From IMG/VR virus record IMGVR_UViG_3300032931_001151, positions 1-64,000 of that record: a DNA stretch of 64,000 nucleotides; one strand, 5' to 3'. The notes beneath the pieces are model-generated. The model was not told where the DNA came from. It did not search any database and saw only the letters and a program-made list of their open reading frames with translations. Both the position numbers and the translations under genes were made by a program. This document shows positions 48,289-58,977 of the stretch, piece by piece (position 1 is the first letter of the stretch; every line of letters begins with the position of its first letter).

Positions 48289-51200
48289 ATGACTATAATA
48301 AATACGGTACAATATGCGTTTGACGGATCTAGAACTTTATTAGACACAACTTGCTATAGTTTTCTATCCTATAGCACGGAAGACGGATATGCCGATTACA
48401 CGGAAGAGTCAAAAACTGGATATGGCGCTGGGGATTATATAATTTTTAATAATGTTGTAGGATCCGAGTGGTATATAGGATCGGATGTTTCATTTCAATC
48501 TTTATATATGGCACTTAATACTATAGGAGTAAAGGGAACTGGAAATATAGTTTGGGAATACGCATCCGGCCCAAGCACTTGGTCTACCTTAACGATGGCT
48601 GGTTCTGGAACAGCCGATTTAACATCCCCAACTTATGAGGCGGCATTAGATTGGGATACTCCTAGCGATTGGGTTGATTCTACTGTTAATGAAATATCGG
48701 CAAGATGGATTAGATGCAGAATGACCTCTACATATACTACTCCACCAGCTATAATATTTGCTAGTATTGGTAGAACTACTTATTGGTCTAAAACTATAGA
48801 TATTCCATATACTTCAATAAATTGGCAATCTACATATTTAGATTGGAGTTTATATTTAAATAATAATTATGGGGCTATTAGATTCGTTGCGGTATATGCT
48901 AGATTGGGCGGAACTGGATCTTGGGTTAGATTAACTAGTCCAAGTACGGGATATACCGGAACAAATAATCAAATGTCCATAAAAAATATAATTGATTTAT
49001 ATCCACTATTCAAATTAAATTGGATTGCGGGAGATACTCAACTATTAGAAATTAGATTTGCTATAACCGCCATTTCTTCTAATAATGGATCGGATTACGT
49101 AACAGAGTTAGCAGGAAGATTAAATCTAACCTATCAATACGATGCGACGGAAAACAACGATACAATAATAAAAACTATTAGAATTCCGTTGAAAAGTTTA
49201 CCAAATGGAATATCAAATATAGATCAATTAGTTGATACTATTCCCGCATTAAATACATTTTTGCCAGAATCAAGTAAAATAATAAAAGATTGGTGGATAG
49301 AAGTAGAAGGAAATAATTGTAACAACGAATCTGATAATTCGGTATACGGATTACAAGCACACATTGATAATCTATCTAGTGAGTATTTAATAAATTGTGT
49401 AAATACTTCTTTTAGTAGTTCTTATCATTGGTCGGTATATAGTTTAAATAGTTTAGATTTAGATACTTCTAATTCTCATTCTTTCTATCTTATGGCAACC
49501 GAGCCGAATAACTTATTTAATACGGTCAATAGTGTCGTTTATGTTACATATACTTATAGTAAATCGTTATCTACTACCGTATTACAATCCTTAATAATAC
49601 CACTTGGATATGCTTCAACTCCATTAAGAACTTCAGATGCTATTAATAGTGATGGACAGCAATTCAACTTAACTAGACCTATATGGATAGCAGAGCCTGG
49701 AAATATAACTATACAAAAATCGGGCATAAGAATAACTTGCGAAGAACTAACTTATGCCTCAAATGCACAAGTATATGCAATACAAACTGTTGGAGATTCC
49801 GCATTTACCGAGTATCAAATCGGAACTAGAGGGAACCCGGCTGGACAAATTAGTATCATGCATCCGCTAGATAATCTAAGTCTTATTCATGGTAAAAATT
49901 ATATTGGATTAACCATGTATTCTTTATATAATGACTTCGTTAGTAGAGGTAGAAGTCATGTCTTATACTTAAATTATACATCAAATGTAGACCCAAAAGG
50001 AGAATGGAGGCATAATAAAACTATTATGTCATTATTAATGAATATGAGTTATGTTGAAGGAACGTGGGCAAATTATGCAAATTTTTGTAGCATTGGAACA
50101 TCCGAACAAAGTAACTATTTAATAAACGACGCTTCTTTAATGATATACGAAACTGGCCAAGTATCTCAACCATTCAATTTATATGCTACTATATACAATG
50201 ATACAAGCCAACATACCGCATTACAATGGAGTATGGAACATAGTGGACCAATAAAGTTCTTAACTACGGAACATACAAGTCAATTCTATGTTCCAGTTCT
50301 TGAATGGTTTTCTCAAATTAGTGATGGAATAAAACCTATAAGTAATGTAAGTGGAAAAATGAAACCATATATAGGAAATGGATATGGAATCATAGCAACC
50401 CAAAACTCATTAAAAAGTTTAATTGGCATGACAACTTTCCATAGTATATCAACGGATATTTCGGGGCGCATGTATAGAATGCCCGGAACACCAAATGAAG
50501 TTATATTAATTTCATCGGATGTACAAGATTTAGGTTGTATAACTAAACAAGCCACCATTAATAGTGATGGTACATATAGCATTTCATGGCCAGATGACTC
50601 TGCCGATATCGCTATATTGGCACACTATTCTGGATCGGCATATGCTATAACTCAAAGAAATAAATCGTCTATACCAAAGTATATCCCACCCGCACAACCA
50701 CTACCATTTAAAATGCTAATTGATACCACTAAAGATGGATCGGCAACAAATCACTTCATACTACCGTTGGATGGTGTATCTACATATAACTTTGATATAG
50801 ATTGGGGCGACTCAAATATACAAACAATAACATCAAATACATCTATTGATCATACATATTCCGCTCCTGGGGTATATACTATTAGCATCACCGAAAATGT
50901 AGTAGGCGGATTCCCAACTATCTACTTCAATAATATGGGCGATTGTCTCAAGCTTATGCAGATTTCTCAATGGGGTACTAATAAGTGGGTATCACTCATT
51001 AGATCGTTTAATGGATGTAGTAATATGAATATCGTCGCCACCGATGTAGCGACTGCTAATACTAGTTCTATTACTAGTTTAAGTTATGCATGGCGTAATT
51101 GTTCCGGGTTGACTTCGTTCCCACTCATCAATACATCAAATGTTACGGACTTTGAAGGTGCGTGGTGGAATTGTTCCGGGTTGACTTCGTTCCCACTCAT

Positions 51201-53646
51201 CAATACATCAAATGGCACCGGATTCTCCGGTGCTTGGTATGGATGTTCCGGGTTGACTTCGTTCCCACTCATTAACACCGCAAACGGCATCAACTTCTCG
51301 TATACTTGGGGTAATTGTACCAATTTAACATCAGTCCCGCTTCTTAACATGCGGAAGATCACTAACGGCTCTCAATGTTTCTTAAACGACACTTTAGACA
51401 CCACTTCGTATAGTGACTTGTTGATCGACATGGCACTTGGGGTCACAACTAGTGTAACATTTGATGGTGGCAATAGTAAATACAACACTGCGGGTTCTAC
51501 TGCTCGCTCTACACTAGAAGGTCGTGATTGGACTATTATTGATGGTGGTGTCGCACCCGTAGTGTCCAGTCCAATGATATTAATTGTTGATACGACCAAG
51601 ACTGGTAGTGCTAATAATATATTCATATTACCATGTAATGGTTCTGGTTATGACGCCCAAATTGACTGGGGGGACGGAGACGTTGAAACTATTACCGGAT
51701 CACCTGGAAATGTAACTCACGAATATTCCTCTTCCGGCATCTATAATGTATCAATTTTAGAAAATGTTGTAGGTGGATTCCCAACCATATACTTCAATAA
51801 TAGTGGTGACTGTCTCAAGCTTATGCAACTTTCTCAATGGGGTACTAACAAATGGATCTCGTTCGTCCATTCATTCCATGGATGTGGTAATTTAACTATT
51901 ACCGCTACCGATTCCGCAACCGCCAACACTGGATCCGTTGAGAATTTCAGTTTTGCTTGGCGTAGTTGTTCTAGCATGATATCCTTCCCACTCATTGATA
52001 CAAGTAGCGGCACTGATTTTAGTTATACTTGGGCGCAATGTAGTGGTTTGACATCCTTCCCTTTACTAGATACAAGTAATGTAATTAATTTTTCCGGCTC
52101 GTGGTTTCTTTGCAGTGGGTTGACATCCTTCCCACTCATTAACACGAGTAACGGAACTACCTTTACTTCTTCGTGGTCTAATTGTGGTAATTTGCTAGAA
52201 TTCCCATTACTAGATACCGCTAAGGGGACGGCTTTCAACGCCGCATGGCAAAATTGTTATTCTCTAACTTCATTCCCAGTATTAGATGTTGGCGAAGGAA
52301 TTAATTTCGCATCTACTTGGGGTGGTATTGGAGCGGCCACATTCCCACTATTGGATACAAGTAAGGGAACCGACTTCTCTAGTGCTTGGGTTAGTTCTAA
52401 CTTAACAGAATTCCCACTATTGGATACAAGTAAGGGAACCGACTTCTCTAGTGCTTGGAATGCTTGCACTAGTTTAACCTCATTCCCACTATTGGATACA
52501 AGTAATGGTACAAATTTTGATAGCACTTGGGCTTCTTGTTCAAATTTAACTAGTTTCCCAACTCTCAATCTACGAAAAATTACCACTGGATCGAGTTGTT
52601 TCAACAATACTCCTATTGGTACGGAATCATATAGCAACTTGCTAATTGATATGGCTCTCGGTGCAACTACGGGAGTGAACTTTGGAGCTGGAAGCAATAA
52701 ATACAGTGCTGCTGGCGCAACTGCTCGTGCCACATTAGTAGGACGTAGTTGGAATATTAGCGATGGCGGATCCGCCGCTTCAATGATCATTACAGTGGAT
52801 ACAACCCAACTTGGTAGTTCAGCATCTGACGCATTCACATTGCCTTGTTACGGATCAGACTATAATGCCACGATTAATTGGGGTGATGAATCTAGTCAAA
52901 CCATTACCGGTTCACCTGGCGATGTTACACACGTCTATAGTGACTATGGCGAAGGCACATACAATATTACGATTACCGAAAACGTAGTAGGCGGCTTCCC
53001 GACAATCTACTTCAATAATAGTGGTGATTGTCTCAAGCTTATGCAAATTTCTCAATGGGGAACCAACAAGTGGCTAGATATGAAGAATGCATTTTATGGA
53101 TGTAGAAATATGACTATAACTGCTACTGATGGAGCAACGGCTAATACGGGAGCAGTTACTAACTTCTCTTCCGCTTGGTTATATTGTTCTGGATTAACAT
53201 CATTCCCGCTCATTGATACTAGTAGTGGCATCAACTTCTCCGGAACTTGGGGGGGATGCTCTAACTTGACATCGTTCCCACTCATTAACACCGCCAACGG
53301 CACCGACTTCTCCTACACTTGGAATAGTTGTTATAATTTGGAATCGTTCTCACTCATTAACACCACCAATGGCACTAACTTCACCGGGACTTGGGCTTAT
53401 TGTGTTAAGTTGACATCATTCCCAACGATTAACCTACAGAATATTATATATGGCAATGGATGCTTCACTTCGGACACTCTAGATACCGACTCATATAGCA
53501 ACTTGCTAATCAACATGGCTCTTGGTGCTACTACTGGTGTTACTTTTGACGGTGGTAATAGTAAGTATAATACGGCAGGTGCTACCGCTCGTTCTACACT
53601 AGATGGTAGGAGTTGGATAATTACCGATGGTGGTGCCGCACCATAA
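48289..53646 (+). CDS. Large virion/receptor-binding protein (1785 aa) with three PKD + BspA/DUF285-like leucine-rich-repeat modules
   Basis: IDWGD...H.Y...G.Y.I.I (PKD) three times; about 22-aa repeats FS.AW..CSGLTSFPLIDTS.GT. Confidence 0.8.
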   Translation: MTIINTVQYAFDGSRTLLDTTCYSFLSYSTEDGYADYTEESKTGYGAGDYIIFNNVVGSEWYIGSDVSFQSLYMALNTIGVKGTGNIVWEYASGPSTWSTLTMAGSGTADLTSPTYEAALDWDTPSDWVDSTVNEISARWIRCRMTSTYTTPPAIIFASIGRTTYWSKTIDIPYTSINWQSTYLDWSLYLNNNYGAIRFVAVYARLGGTGSWVRLTSPSTGYTGTNNQMSIKNIIDLYPLFKLNWIAGDTQLLEIRFAITAISSNNGSDYVTELAGRLNLTYQYDATENNDTIIKTIRIPLKSLPNGISNIDQLVDTIPALNTFLPESSKIIKDWWIEVEGNNCNNESDNSVYGLQAHIDNLSSEYLINCVNTSFSSSYHWSVYSLNSLDLDTSNSHSFYLMATEPNNLFNTVNSVVYVTYTYSKSLSTTVLQSLIIPLGYASTPLRTSDAINSDGQQFNLTRPIWIAEPGNITIQKSGIRITCEELTYASNAQVYAIQTVGDSAFTEYQIGTRGNPAGQISIMHPLDNLSLIHGKNYIGLTMYSLYNDFVSRGRSHVLYLNYTSNVDPKGEWRHNKTIMSLLMNMSYVEGTWANYANFCSIGTSEQSNYLINDASLMIYETGQVSQPFNLYATIYNDTSQHTALQWSMEHSGPIKFLTTEHTSQFYVPVLEWFSQISDGIKPISNVSGKMKPYIGNGYGIIATQNSLKSLIGMTTFHSISTDISGRMYRMPGTPNEVILISSDVQDLGCITKQATINSDGTYSISWPDDSADIAILAHYSGSAYAITQRNKSSIPKYIPPAQPLPFKMLIDTTKDGSATNHFILPLDGVSTYNFDIDWGDSNIQTITSNTSIDHTYSAPGVYTISITENVVGGFPTIYFNNMGDCLKLMQISQWGTNKWVSLIRSFNGCSNMNIVATDVATANTSSITSLSYAWRNCSGLTSFPLINTSNVTDFEGAWWNCSGLTSFPLINTSNGTGFSGAWYGCSGLTSFPLINTANGINFSYTWGNCTNLTSVPLLNMRKITNGSQCFLNDTLDTTSYSDLLIDMALGVTTSVTFDGGNSKYNTAGSTARSTLEGRDWTIIDGGVAPVVSSPMILIVDTTKTGSANNIFILPCNGSGYDAQIDWGDGDVETITGSPGNVTHEYSSSGIYNVSILENVVGGFPTIYFNNSGDCLKLMQLSQWGTNKWISFVHSFHGCGNLTITATDSATANTGSVENFSFAWRSCSSMISFPLIDTSSGTDFSYTWAQCSGLTSFPLLDTSNVINFSGSWFLCSGLTSFPLINTSNGTTFTSSWSNCGNLLEFPLLDTAKGTAFNAAWQNCYSLTSFPVLDVGEGINFASTWGGIGAATFPLLDTSKGTDFSSAWVSSNLTEFPLLDTSKGTDFSSAWNACTSLTSFPLLDTSNGTNFDSTWASCSNLTSFPTLNLRKITTGSSCFNNTPIGTESYSNLLIDMALGATTGVNFGAGSNKYSAAGATARATLVGRSWNISDGGSAASMIITVDTTQLGSSASDAFTLPCYGSDYNATINWGDESSQTITGSPGDVTHVYSDYGEGTYNITITENVVGGFPTIYFNNSGDCLKLMQISQWGTNKWLDMKNAFYGCRNMTITATDGATANTGAVTNFSSAWLYCSGLTSFPLIDTSSGINFSGTWGGCSNLTSFPLINTANGTDFSYTWNSCYNLESFSLINTTNGTNFTGTWAYCVKLTSFPTINLQNIIYGNGCFTSDTLDTDSYSNLLINMALGATTGVTFDGGNSKYNTAGATARSTLDGRSWIITDGGAAP
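50704..53643 (+). repeat. Three tandem modules of about 0.85-1.2 kb, each containing tandem repeats of about 66-72 nt
   Basis: ENVVGGFPTIYFNN.GDCLKLMQ.SQWGTNKW three times; identical DNA blocks such as ATTCCCACTATTGGATACAAGTAAGGGAACCGACTTCTCTAGTGCTTGG at about 52341 and 52410. Confidence 0.9.
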
Positions 53647-53648
53647 AA

Positions 53649-54434
53649 TCATCCATTTAGCGGATACTTAGAGATATCAAAAGTATTTTCTCCAAGCGGA
53701 ATATGTGACATTCCGTTATAGTTATGGATGATATAAGATTGAACTATATTTGATACAAATGAATTAACTTTATCATAATCCGGCTTTTCCGGAAGTTTTG
53801 AAGATGCAAAAGCATCATTCATTTCATTGATATTGTTATTAAGGAAAGATAAACATTCCTCTTTAGTATAATCATAATTTCTCATTTTGGAAACAATATC
53901 TTTATCAACCCCCTTAAGAGTTGGGTCAAGTTTTCCTTCCGACATTAGCATAACGCATTGTTTAGCTAGACGATATGCATTTGATGCAAACTTTCCGTCA
54001 TAACCATAAGTATCAAATAAATCTTTCCTCTTACCTACACGAATAGAAGTGGTGAATTCTTTTATTTGACTATAGTGATAATTGAAAAATGGAAGAAATA
54101 GATGCTTTGTTATCATATTATCACGAACAAATCTAGCAACTATTTCCCCAATCGGAGTAGTATGTAAAACAAATTTTGAATCGGCACAAAATGGCTCCAA
54201 AATTGTTGGATTTCCTTTAAAAAGTAAATTGAAGCATCTACGAACTTCATAAATAGTCCCATTAAAATTTTCATTGCCTAGTTTCCCATTTGAATAGTCT
54301 TGTTGCTCTTTGGATTTTAGTCCACAATATTCGTCAATTTCATTGAGGCCGACGCCTTTTACGTCAAAATCCGAGTCATCCTTATTAGTACCATAAAGGC
54401 GGGATCCAACGATAGCAATGTAAATGGGTTTCAT
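53649..54434 (-). CDS. Pol-beta-superfamily nucleotidyltransferase (RlaP/PF10127-like)
   Basis: VGSRLYGTN...SDFDVKGV, GNPTILE, GYDGK.A..A.RL. Confidence 0.85.
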   Translation of the reverse strand: MKPIYIAIVGSRLYGTNKDDSDFDVKGVGLNEIDEYCGLKSKEQQDYSNGKLGNENFNGTIYEVRRCFNLLFKGNPTILEPFCADSKFVLHTTPIGEIVARFVRDNMITKHLFLPFFNYHYSQIKEFTTSIRVGKRKDLFDTYGYDGKFASNAYRLAKQCVMLMSEGKLDPTLKGVDKDIVSKMRNYDYTKEECLSFLNNNINEMNDAFASSKLPEKPDYDKVNSFVSNIVQSYIIHNYNGMSHIPLGENTFDISKYPLNG

Positions 54435-54467
54435 TTTACTTCCTTAAAAGCTAATTGTATTGACCTC

Positions 54468-54495
54468 ATTATATTGATATTTTTCAAAGAGTCAA
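54468..54495 (-). promoter_or_regulatory. Early promoter TTGACT-N16-TATAAT
   Basis: Read directly. Confidence 0.75.
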
Positions 54496-54638
54496 TTGCC
54501 AATTTTCTTTACTTTCTTTAGAAAGTTTATTGCCTAAAACTAGAATAGCGAAATAAAGTTGTGCTATATCCTTGGTTACTTCATCTCCATTTTTTATGGA
54601 CTCATATATTTCCATAGCGTGTTCAAGATTTTCCATGT

Positions 54639-54887
54639 TTATTTCCAATTTGTATATGTGTGAGAGTCTTCATTAGTTTTCTCGTTAATTTGATTCAATG
54701 CGGCTCTACACATAATTTGTATTTCTTCAAGAACTTCGGGCGAAATTGCTAATCTAATCTCCCTTTCCCCTTTTATACTATAGTGGTTAATTATTAAAAA
54801 TAATTCTTTATTTTTTGATTCAACAAATAGATCAAATTCCTCATCATTATCATTGACAAAACCACGACTAGCGATAATATCATCCAT
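54639..54887 (-). CDS. Hypothetical protein
   Basis: 82 aa, AGGAG RBS. Confidence 0.6.
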   Translation of the reverse strand: MDDIIASRGFVNDNDEEFDLFVESKNKELFLIINHYSIKGEREIRLAISPEVLEEIQIMCRAALNQINEKTNEDSHTYTNWK

Positions 54888-54888
54888 T

Positions 54889-55560
54889 TTATTTTTCTCC
54901 TAGATTTTTAACGGCATTATAATACTCATTAGCACTATTAATATATCTTCTATAATTAGAAGGTCCAACATTATACATACCAATAGCAATTTTCCAATTT
55001 TCATGCGCAGGGCCATTATATAAGTACATTAGATATCTAATAGTTAATTCTTCGGCATATTTAGTATCTTTTTCTAATTTCCAAAATTGTTCATTTGATT
55101 TATGTATAACCTCAAAACAAATCCTTTTCATTTGGAATGGACCTCTCTCCCCCGACGAACCCCTACGTTTATCAACATATATTATAGATCCTATAGAAGA
55201 ATAATAAGAAGTAGTCTCCCTCATTAACATGCCTTTTAGAACCCAAGGAGGGATAAGAGATTTAGGAGTTTCAATAATTGGAATCGTAGGTGCTACTATA
55301 GATACTATTGGATTTGGAATATCTAATTTGTCATAATATATAGTAGGAATTTCAATTTTATTATTAATTCTATAATTATATGCATCTTTATAGAATTGAT
55401 ATTCGGAATAGTAGATAAAACGGGATTCTATCTTTATTGGGGAGTCTTCATCTAAATTTGTCGTTGTTAAAGATGAAAAAGAAGAAAGACAAACTAGACA
55501 AAATATACCTAAACATATATTTATCAACGATTTAAGAATTTTTTTAGTAATTTCATTCAT
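54889..55560 (-). CDS. Lysozyme-like / lytic transglycosylase with an N-terminal membrane anchor
   Basis: Catalytic-type MRETT, GERGPFQM, YL..LY, AIGMYNVGP. Confidence 0.7.
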   Translation of the reverse strand: MNEITKKILKSLINICLGIFCLVCLSSFSSLTTTNLDEDSPIKIESRFIYYSEYQFYKDAYNYRINNKIEIPTIYYDKLDIPNPIVSIVAPTIPIIETPKSLIPPWVLKGMLMRETTSYYSSIGSIIYVDKRRGSSGERGPFQMKRICFEVIHKSNEQFWKLEKDTKYAEELTIRYLMYLYNGPAHENWKIAIGMYNVGPSNYRRYINSANEYYNAVKNLGEK

Positions 55561-55588
55561 GTTGGTGAATATTTTCCTTATGAGATTG

Positions 55589-55630
55589 ATTATAGTCCAA
55601 AAATTAAGATGTCAATAGTTGCTATAAATA
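55589..55630. promoter_or_regulatory. Divergent promoters: early TTGACA-N15-TATAAT (-, 55589-55615) and late TATAAATA (+, 55623-55630)
   Basis: At the strand switch. Confidence 0.78.
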
Positions 55631-55645
55631 TCTATTGGGGAATTT

Positions 55646-55801
55646 ATGAGAAATAAAATAATAAAAGTATTTATTGAAAGAAAAAAGAAATCATTAATTA
55701 ATGATATGGTCAATATTGACCCTAATTCTAAAAGTGATCATATTCAACAACATATGATTCAAAAGCCCATTCAATCTGGATATTCAATAAACATTCCTTA
55801 A
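55646..55801 (+). CDS. 51-aa late protein with the shared N-terminal motif (absent from the ORF track)
   Basis: MRNKIIKVFIERKKKSLINDM.. after TATAAATA and GGGG RBS. Confidence 0.65.
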   Translation: MRNKIIKVFIERKKKSLINDMVNIDPNSKSDHIQQHMIQKPIQSGYSINIP

Positions 55802-55857
55802 AAAATGGTTTCCATGTGATATAATAGTAAAACATATTCAATTGAAAGGAATATATT

Positions 55858-56109
55858 ATGTCAGAACCATCACCAACTCAACTTAACATTGGCCATTTAA
55901 AGAATGTCCTTTTATTAGCAAGACATGGAATTGCGGCAATTGGCGCAAAATTACCAGCACAAGAGGGTAAAGCCGCATTTGAAAGTCTCGGTGAAGTTGA
56001 AAAATTTGTTATTGATTTTGAAAAAATGCAACAAACACAACAACAAGTTCAAAGTCAACCCGCACAAGTTGAGGAACCATTTGAAGTTCATACTGTAAAA
56101 ATTCAATAA
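55858..56109 (+). CDS. Hypothetical protein
   Basis: 83 aa, AAGGA RBS. Confidence 0.7.
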   Translation: MSEPSPTQLNIGHLKNVLLLARHGIAAIGAKLPAQEGKAAFESLGEVEKFVIDFEKMQQTQQQVQSQPAQVEEPFEVHTVKIQ

Positions 56110-56115
56110 GAACTT

Positions 56116-56166
56116 TAATCCCCTATAATTATAAATAGGTTATAGAAGAACTATTTTAGGGGGTTA
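56116..56166 (+). promoter_or_regulatory. Late promoter TATAAATA (56130-56137) in the loop of an RBS-sequestering hairpin
   Basis: TAATCCCCTA (56116-56125) pairs with TAGGGGGTTA (56157-56166); ATG at 56169. Confidence 0.72.
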
Positions 56167-56168
56167 TA

Positions 56169-57077
56169 ATGGATATTAATAGAATAAGAAAAGCCTTACA
56201 AGAGGATGGGGGTGCGGTTGCCGCTGGAACTTCTTCTACCCCCGCCAATTCGGGTCCGGGATTAAATAGTCAAGGTATTGCGCCATTTAAAGCTAAAATG
56301 GGGTCTTGGAGAAGACAACAAGACGAAGAAGTAGATCCCCAATCCCCAGGAGTTGTTCAAAGTACCCAACATGCTTCCGATGCACAACTAATCAATCCTT
56401 GGGCTGGTAAACTTTCCGAAGTTACCCATGAAGTAGTTAATCTATTTGACGAAGAGCGAATGAATTACAAAGAAACTAGGTTAACCCCTTTTAGTGGATT
56501 ACAATTGGAAGATTTTGAAGTTGGAATAGAAAACATATACAATAAACTATCAAAGATTATTCATTACAATATAATGAATACTACGGATACTTCTAATAAA
56601 GATATTCATAAGTTAAAAAATAAATATAATATATTGAAGAGACAAGCATTACAACAAATTGAAGATGCTATTTACACTATAGAAGGTGGAACATCAACAA
56701 TATTAGAAGACGATTTAAATCTCGGTGATATATTCTTTGTAATGTGCATGATGAATGCATATAGTAGCGATGAAGGATATGACCCTCTTAAATATGCCGA
56801 TTCACAAGTTGATAGATTACTTGAAATTTCTAAAGATGATGCAATTGAGTTGGTTCACCATTTATATAAAACTTTAATTCCAACTTTAAAACCAACAAAA
56901 TCTTCAAAATTAGGAATAGCATCGGAAACTTTAGATGCTATTAATAAAGAAAAATGGGGAGAAGCATTATTTTGGAATAAACTCCGAAAAACTCTTGAAG
57001 TCATGACACCAACCAACGACTCTAACGAATATGATACCGAATTACCACAAGAAGAACCGGAAGAAGAAAATGTTTAA
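56169..57077 (+). CDS. Late hypothetical protein (putative virion/internal protein)
   Basis: MDINRIRKALQEDGGAVAAG.. Confidence 0.7.
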   Translation: MDINRIRKALQEDGGAVAAGTSSTPANSGPGLNSQGIAPFKAKMGSWRRQQDEEVDPQSPGVVQSTQHASDAQLINPWAGKLSEVTHEVVNLFDEERMNYKETRLTPFSGLQLEDFEVGIENIYNKLSKIIHYNIMNTTDTSNKDIHKLKNKYNILKRQALQQIEDAIYTIEGGTSTILEDDLNLGDIFFVMCMMNAYSSDEGYDPLKYADSQVDRLLEISKDDAIELVHHLYKTLIPTLKPTKSSKLGIASETLDAINKEKWGEALFWNKLRKTLEVMTPTNDSNEYDTELPQEEPEEENV

Positions 57078-57528
57078 AAATAAAATATTAAAGTTGTTTG
57101 AAAGCCCTAACGATTCGTTTCCCGGATCGGTTTCGAGAATTGGTATAGGAAGCCAATCGTCAACTCAAAGCGGATTACAATCTCGTTGTCCTTCTTTTCC
57201 ATTACAAGGAAATCAATCAATACACGAAGAAGAAATCCCACAAGATGCCATTGAACCTCTACAATTAAATGATATAACTATTGAAGGCTACATTGTTGTT
57301 AAAAATGGAACCCCAACCAATATTAGATATAAATTAATAAAAAATGGGGTTCCTTTACCCGTAGATCCAACTAAAGAAAAAAGTAAAAATATAGGACACA
57401 CATCCCATCAAGTATTAAAAAAATTATCAATGTTGTCAAATAAGATTCAATTAATTAAAAAATTCATTCAATATGACAGAAAGAACATTATTAATTTAAA
57501 AACTAAACAACAATCGAAAATTGGATAA
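57070..57528 (+). CDS. Late protein with the shared N-terminal motif
   Basis: Start moved to the ATG at 57070: MFKNKILKLFES. Confidence 0.7.
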   Translation: MFKNKILKLFESPNDSFPGSVSRIGIGSQSSTQSGLQSRCPSFPLQGNQSIHEEEIPQDAIEPLQLNDITIEGYIVVKNGTPTNIRYKLIKNGVPLPVDPTKEKSKNIGHTSHQVLKKLSMLSNKIQLIKKFIQYDRKNIINLKTKQQSKIG

Positions 57529-57531
57529 TAT

Positions 57532-58956
57532 ATGTCCCCCGTGACTCCTATAATAAATACTAATTTTTATGGATTTGATTATTATGAGGTTGCATATACT
57601 TGTGTGGGCGTGCAATATCCAGTTTTGGGGGATGTGATATTCCCTAATATAACATTTTCTAAAGCACCCTATCAAGAATTAATAGCCAATATATCCGTAA
57701 AAGATTGCCCCACTCCGCAAACCGTTGATCAACTATTTACAACTAGTTTATCAAGTAGGTCTACCATTACAATAAACGACATAAGAGCAAACAATATAAT
57801 AGCAGACAATATAGGAATTCAATTCTATACTACAAATTGGGAAGATTCTTTAATTCTTTGCGACGAAATAAATAATGCACACACTTTAAACATTAGTATT
57901 GATGGAAGTTATGCAACCGCCGAACAATTAGAACTTGCTAAAGAACAAAATTGGGATACTTGGTGGAATACACTATTATCTATGAAAGTTGACTTGACCG
58001 ACTATTTCCAAATGGGAGACACTCAACTTTATAGTGGAGGTTCAAAAAGAGATTCGCTAAATTTAGTTGGTAGACTTATAGTTCCAAGCCATACAATAGT
58101 CTCAAGAAGTGGAGTTACAACTATAAGTGCAGGAGATATATTTAATGCTTGTAGTAATAATTATACTATTTCTATAGGCTATGAGGCTTTTACACAATAT
58201 TTTGAATCGCCATATGGAAGTTGTTGCATTATACAAAATGACATGCAAAAAAATTGGACTATTTCAACAAGCATGTCTTCGCCATATAACATTACTATTA
58301 CCCCCCTACATATGAATGATACTAATGGTCAAATACTATTAAATATACCTTCTAAGTTTTTTGACGATATAAGATCGAATCCGTCGCTATTAAATCAACA
58401 ATTTACACTTCAATGGACTATTAATCTAACAGTTCAAGGCGATTGTTTAGCCAATGCCATGGTAGATAAGTATATTAACACATTGTATCCATATAGCAAC
58501 CAAGGACAATTATATTATCAACCCGGATGTGGTATAATTTTCAATAATGCACAAGAGTATGCTTCAACTATTTTAGCCACTTTAGATACTATGAAAACTA
58601 CCATTAGAAGTTTATTTTCAACTACTTATAATTGCTATGTTCGATTATTGTCGCAAACCGATATGTATGGGGATATTATTATTGGCAAAGGTAGATTCTA
58701 CAATCACCACGGCTCGGAATGTTCTTTCTTATTAAAACAAGTTCTTAGACCAATAATAAATGTTCCAACTTCTAATGAAACTACAAAAGGGCTTACGTTA
58801 CCAAACTCTAATGCCGTAGTACCAACTATTCAAACTAGTACTATAATTCCTACTACATTAGCACCTAATATTAGTCCAACTACCTTTTCTAATCTATTCA
58901 AGAAAACCGGCAATAAATTATGTCAAGTTTTACCAACAAATCTCAAATATAAATAA
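57532..58956 (+). CDS. Putative structural protein
   Basis: 474 aa, Thr/Ile/Asn-rich, in the late operon. Confidence 0.65.
   Translation: MSPVTPIINTNFYGFDYYEVAYTCVGVQYPVLGDVIFPNITFSKAPYQELIANISVKDCPTPQTVDQLFTTSLSSRSTITINDIRANNIIADNIGIQFYTTNWEDSLILCDEINNAHTLNISIDGSYATAEQLELAKEQNWDTWWNTLLSMKVDLTDYFQMGDTQLYSGGSKRDSLNLVGRLIVPSHTIVSRSGVTTISAGDIFNACSNNYTISIGYEAFTQYFESPYGSCCIIQNDMQKNWTISTSMSSPYNITITPLHMNDTNGQILLNIPSKFFDDIRSNPSLLNQQFTLQWTINLTVQGDCLANAMVDKYINTLYPYSNQGQLYYQPGCGIIFNNAQEYASTILATLDTMKTTIRSLFSTTYNCYVRLLSQTDMYGDIIIGKGRFYNHHGSECSFLLKQVLRPIINVPTSNETTKGLTLPNSNAVVPTIQTSTIIPTTLAPNISPTTFSNLFKKTGNKLCQVLPTNLKYK
58948..58955 (+). promoter_or_regulatory. Late promoter TATAAATA
   Basis: About 22 nt upstream of the ATG at 58978. 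Confidence 0.65.
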
Positions 58957-58977
58957 TAGAATAAAAGGATATTTTCA

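Noticed and set aside
50704-53646. Diversity-generating retroelement or CRISPR array in the repeat region
   Set aside because: The repeats are in-frame coding LRRs. I see no reverse transcriptase, no non-coding template repeat with adenine-only differences, and no repeat-spacer structure.
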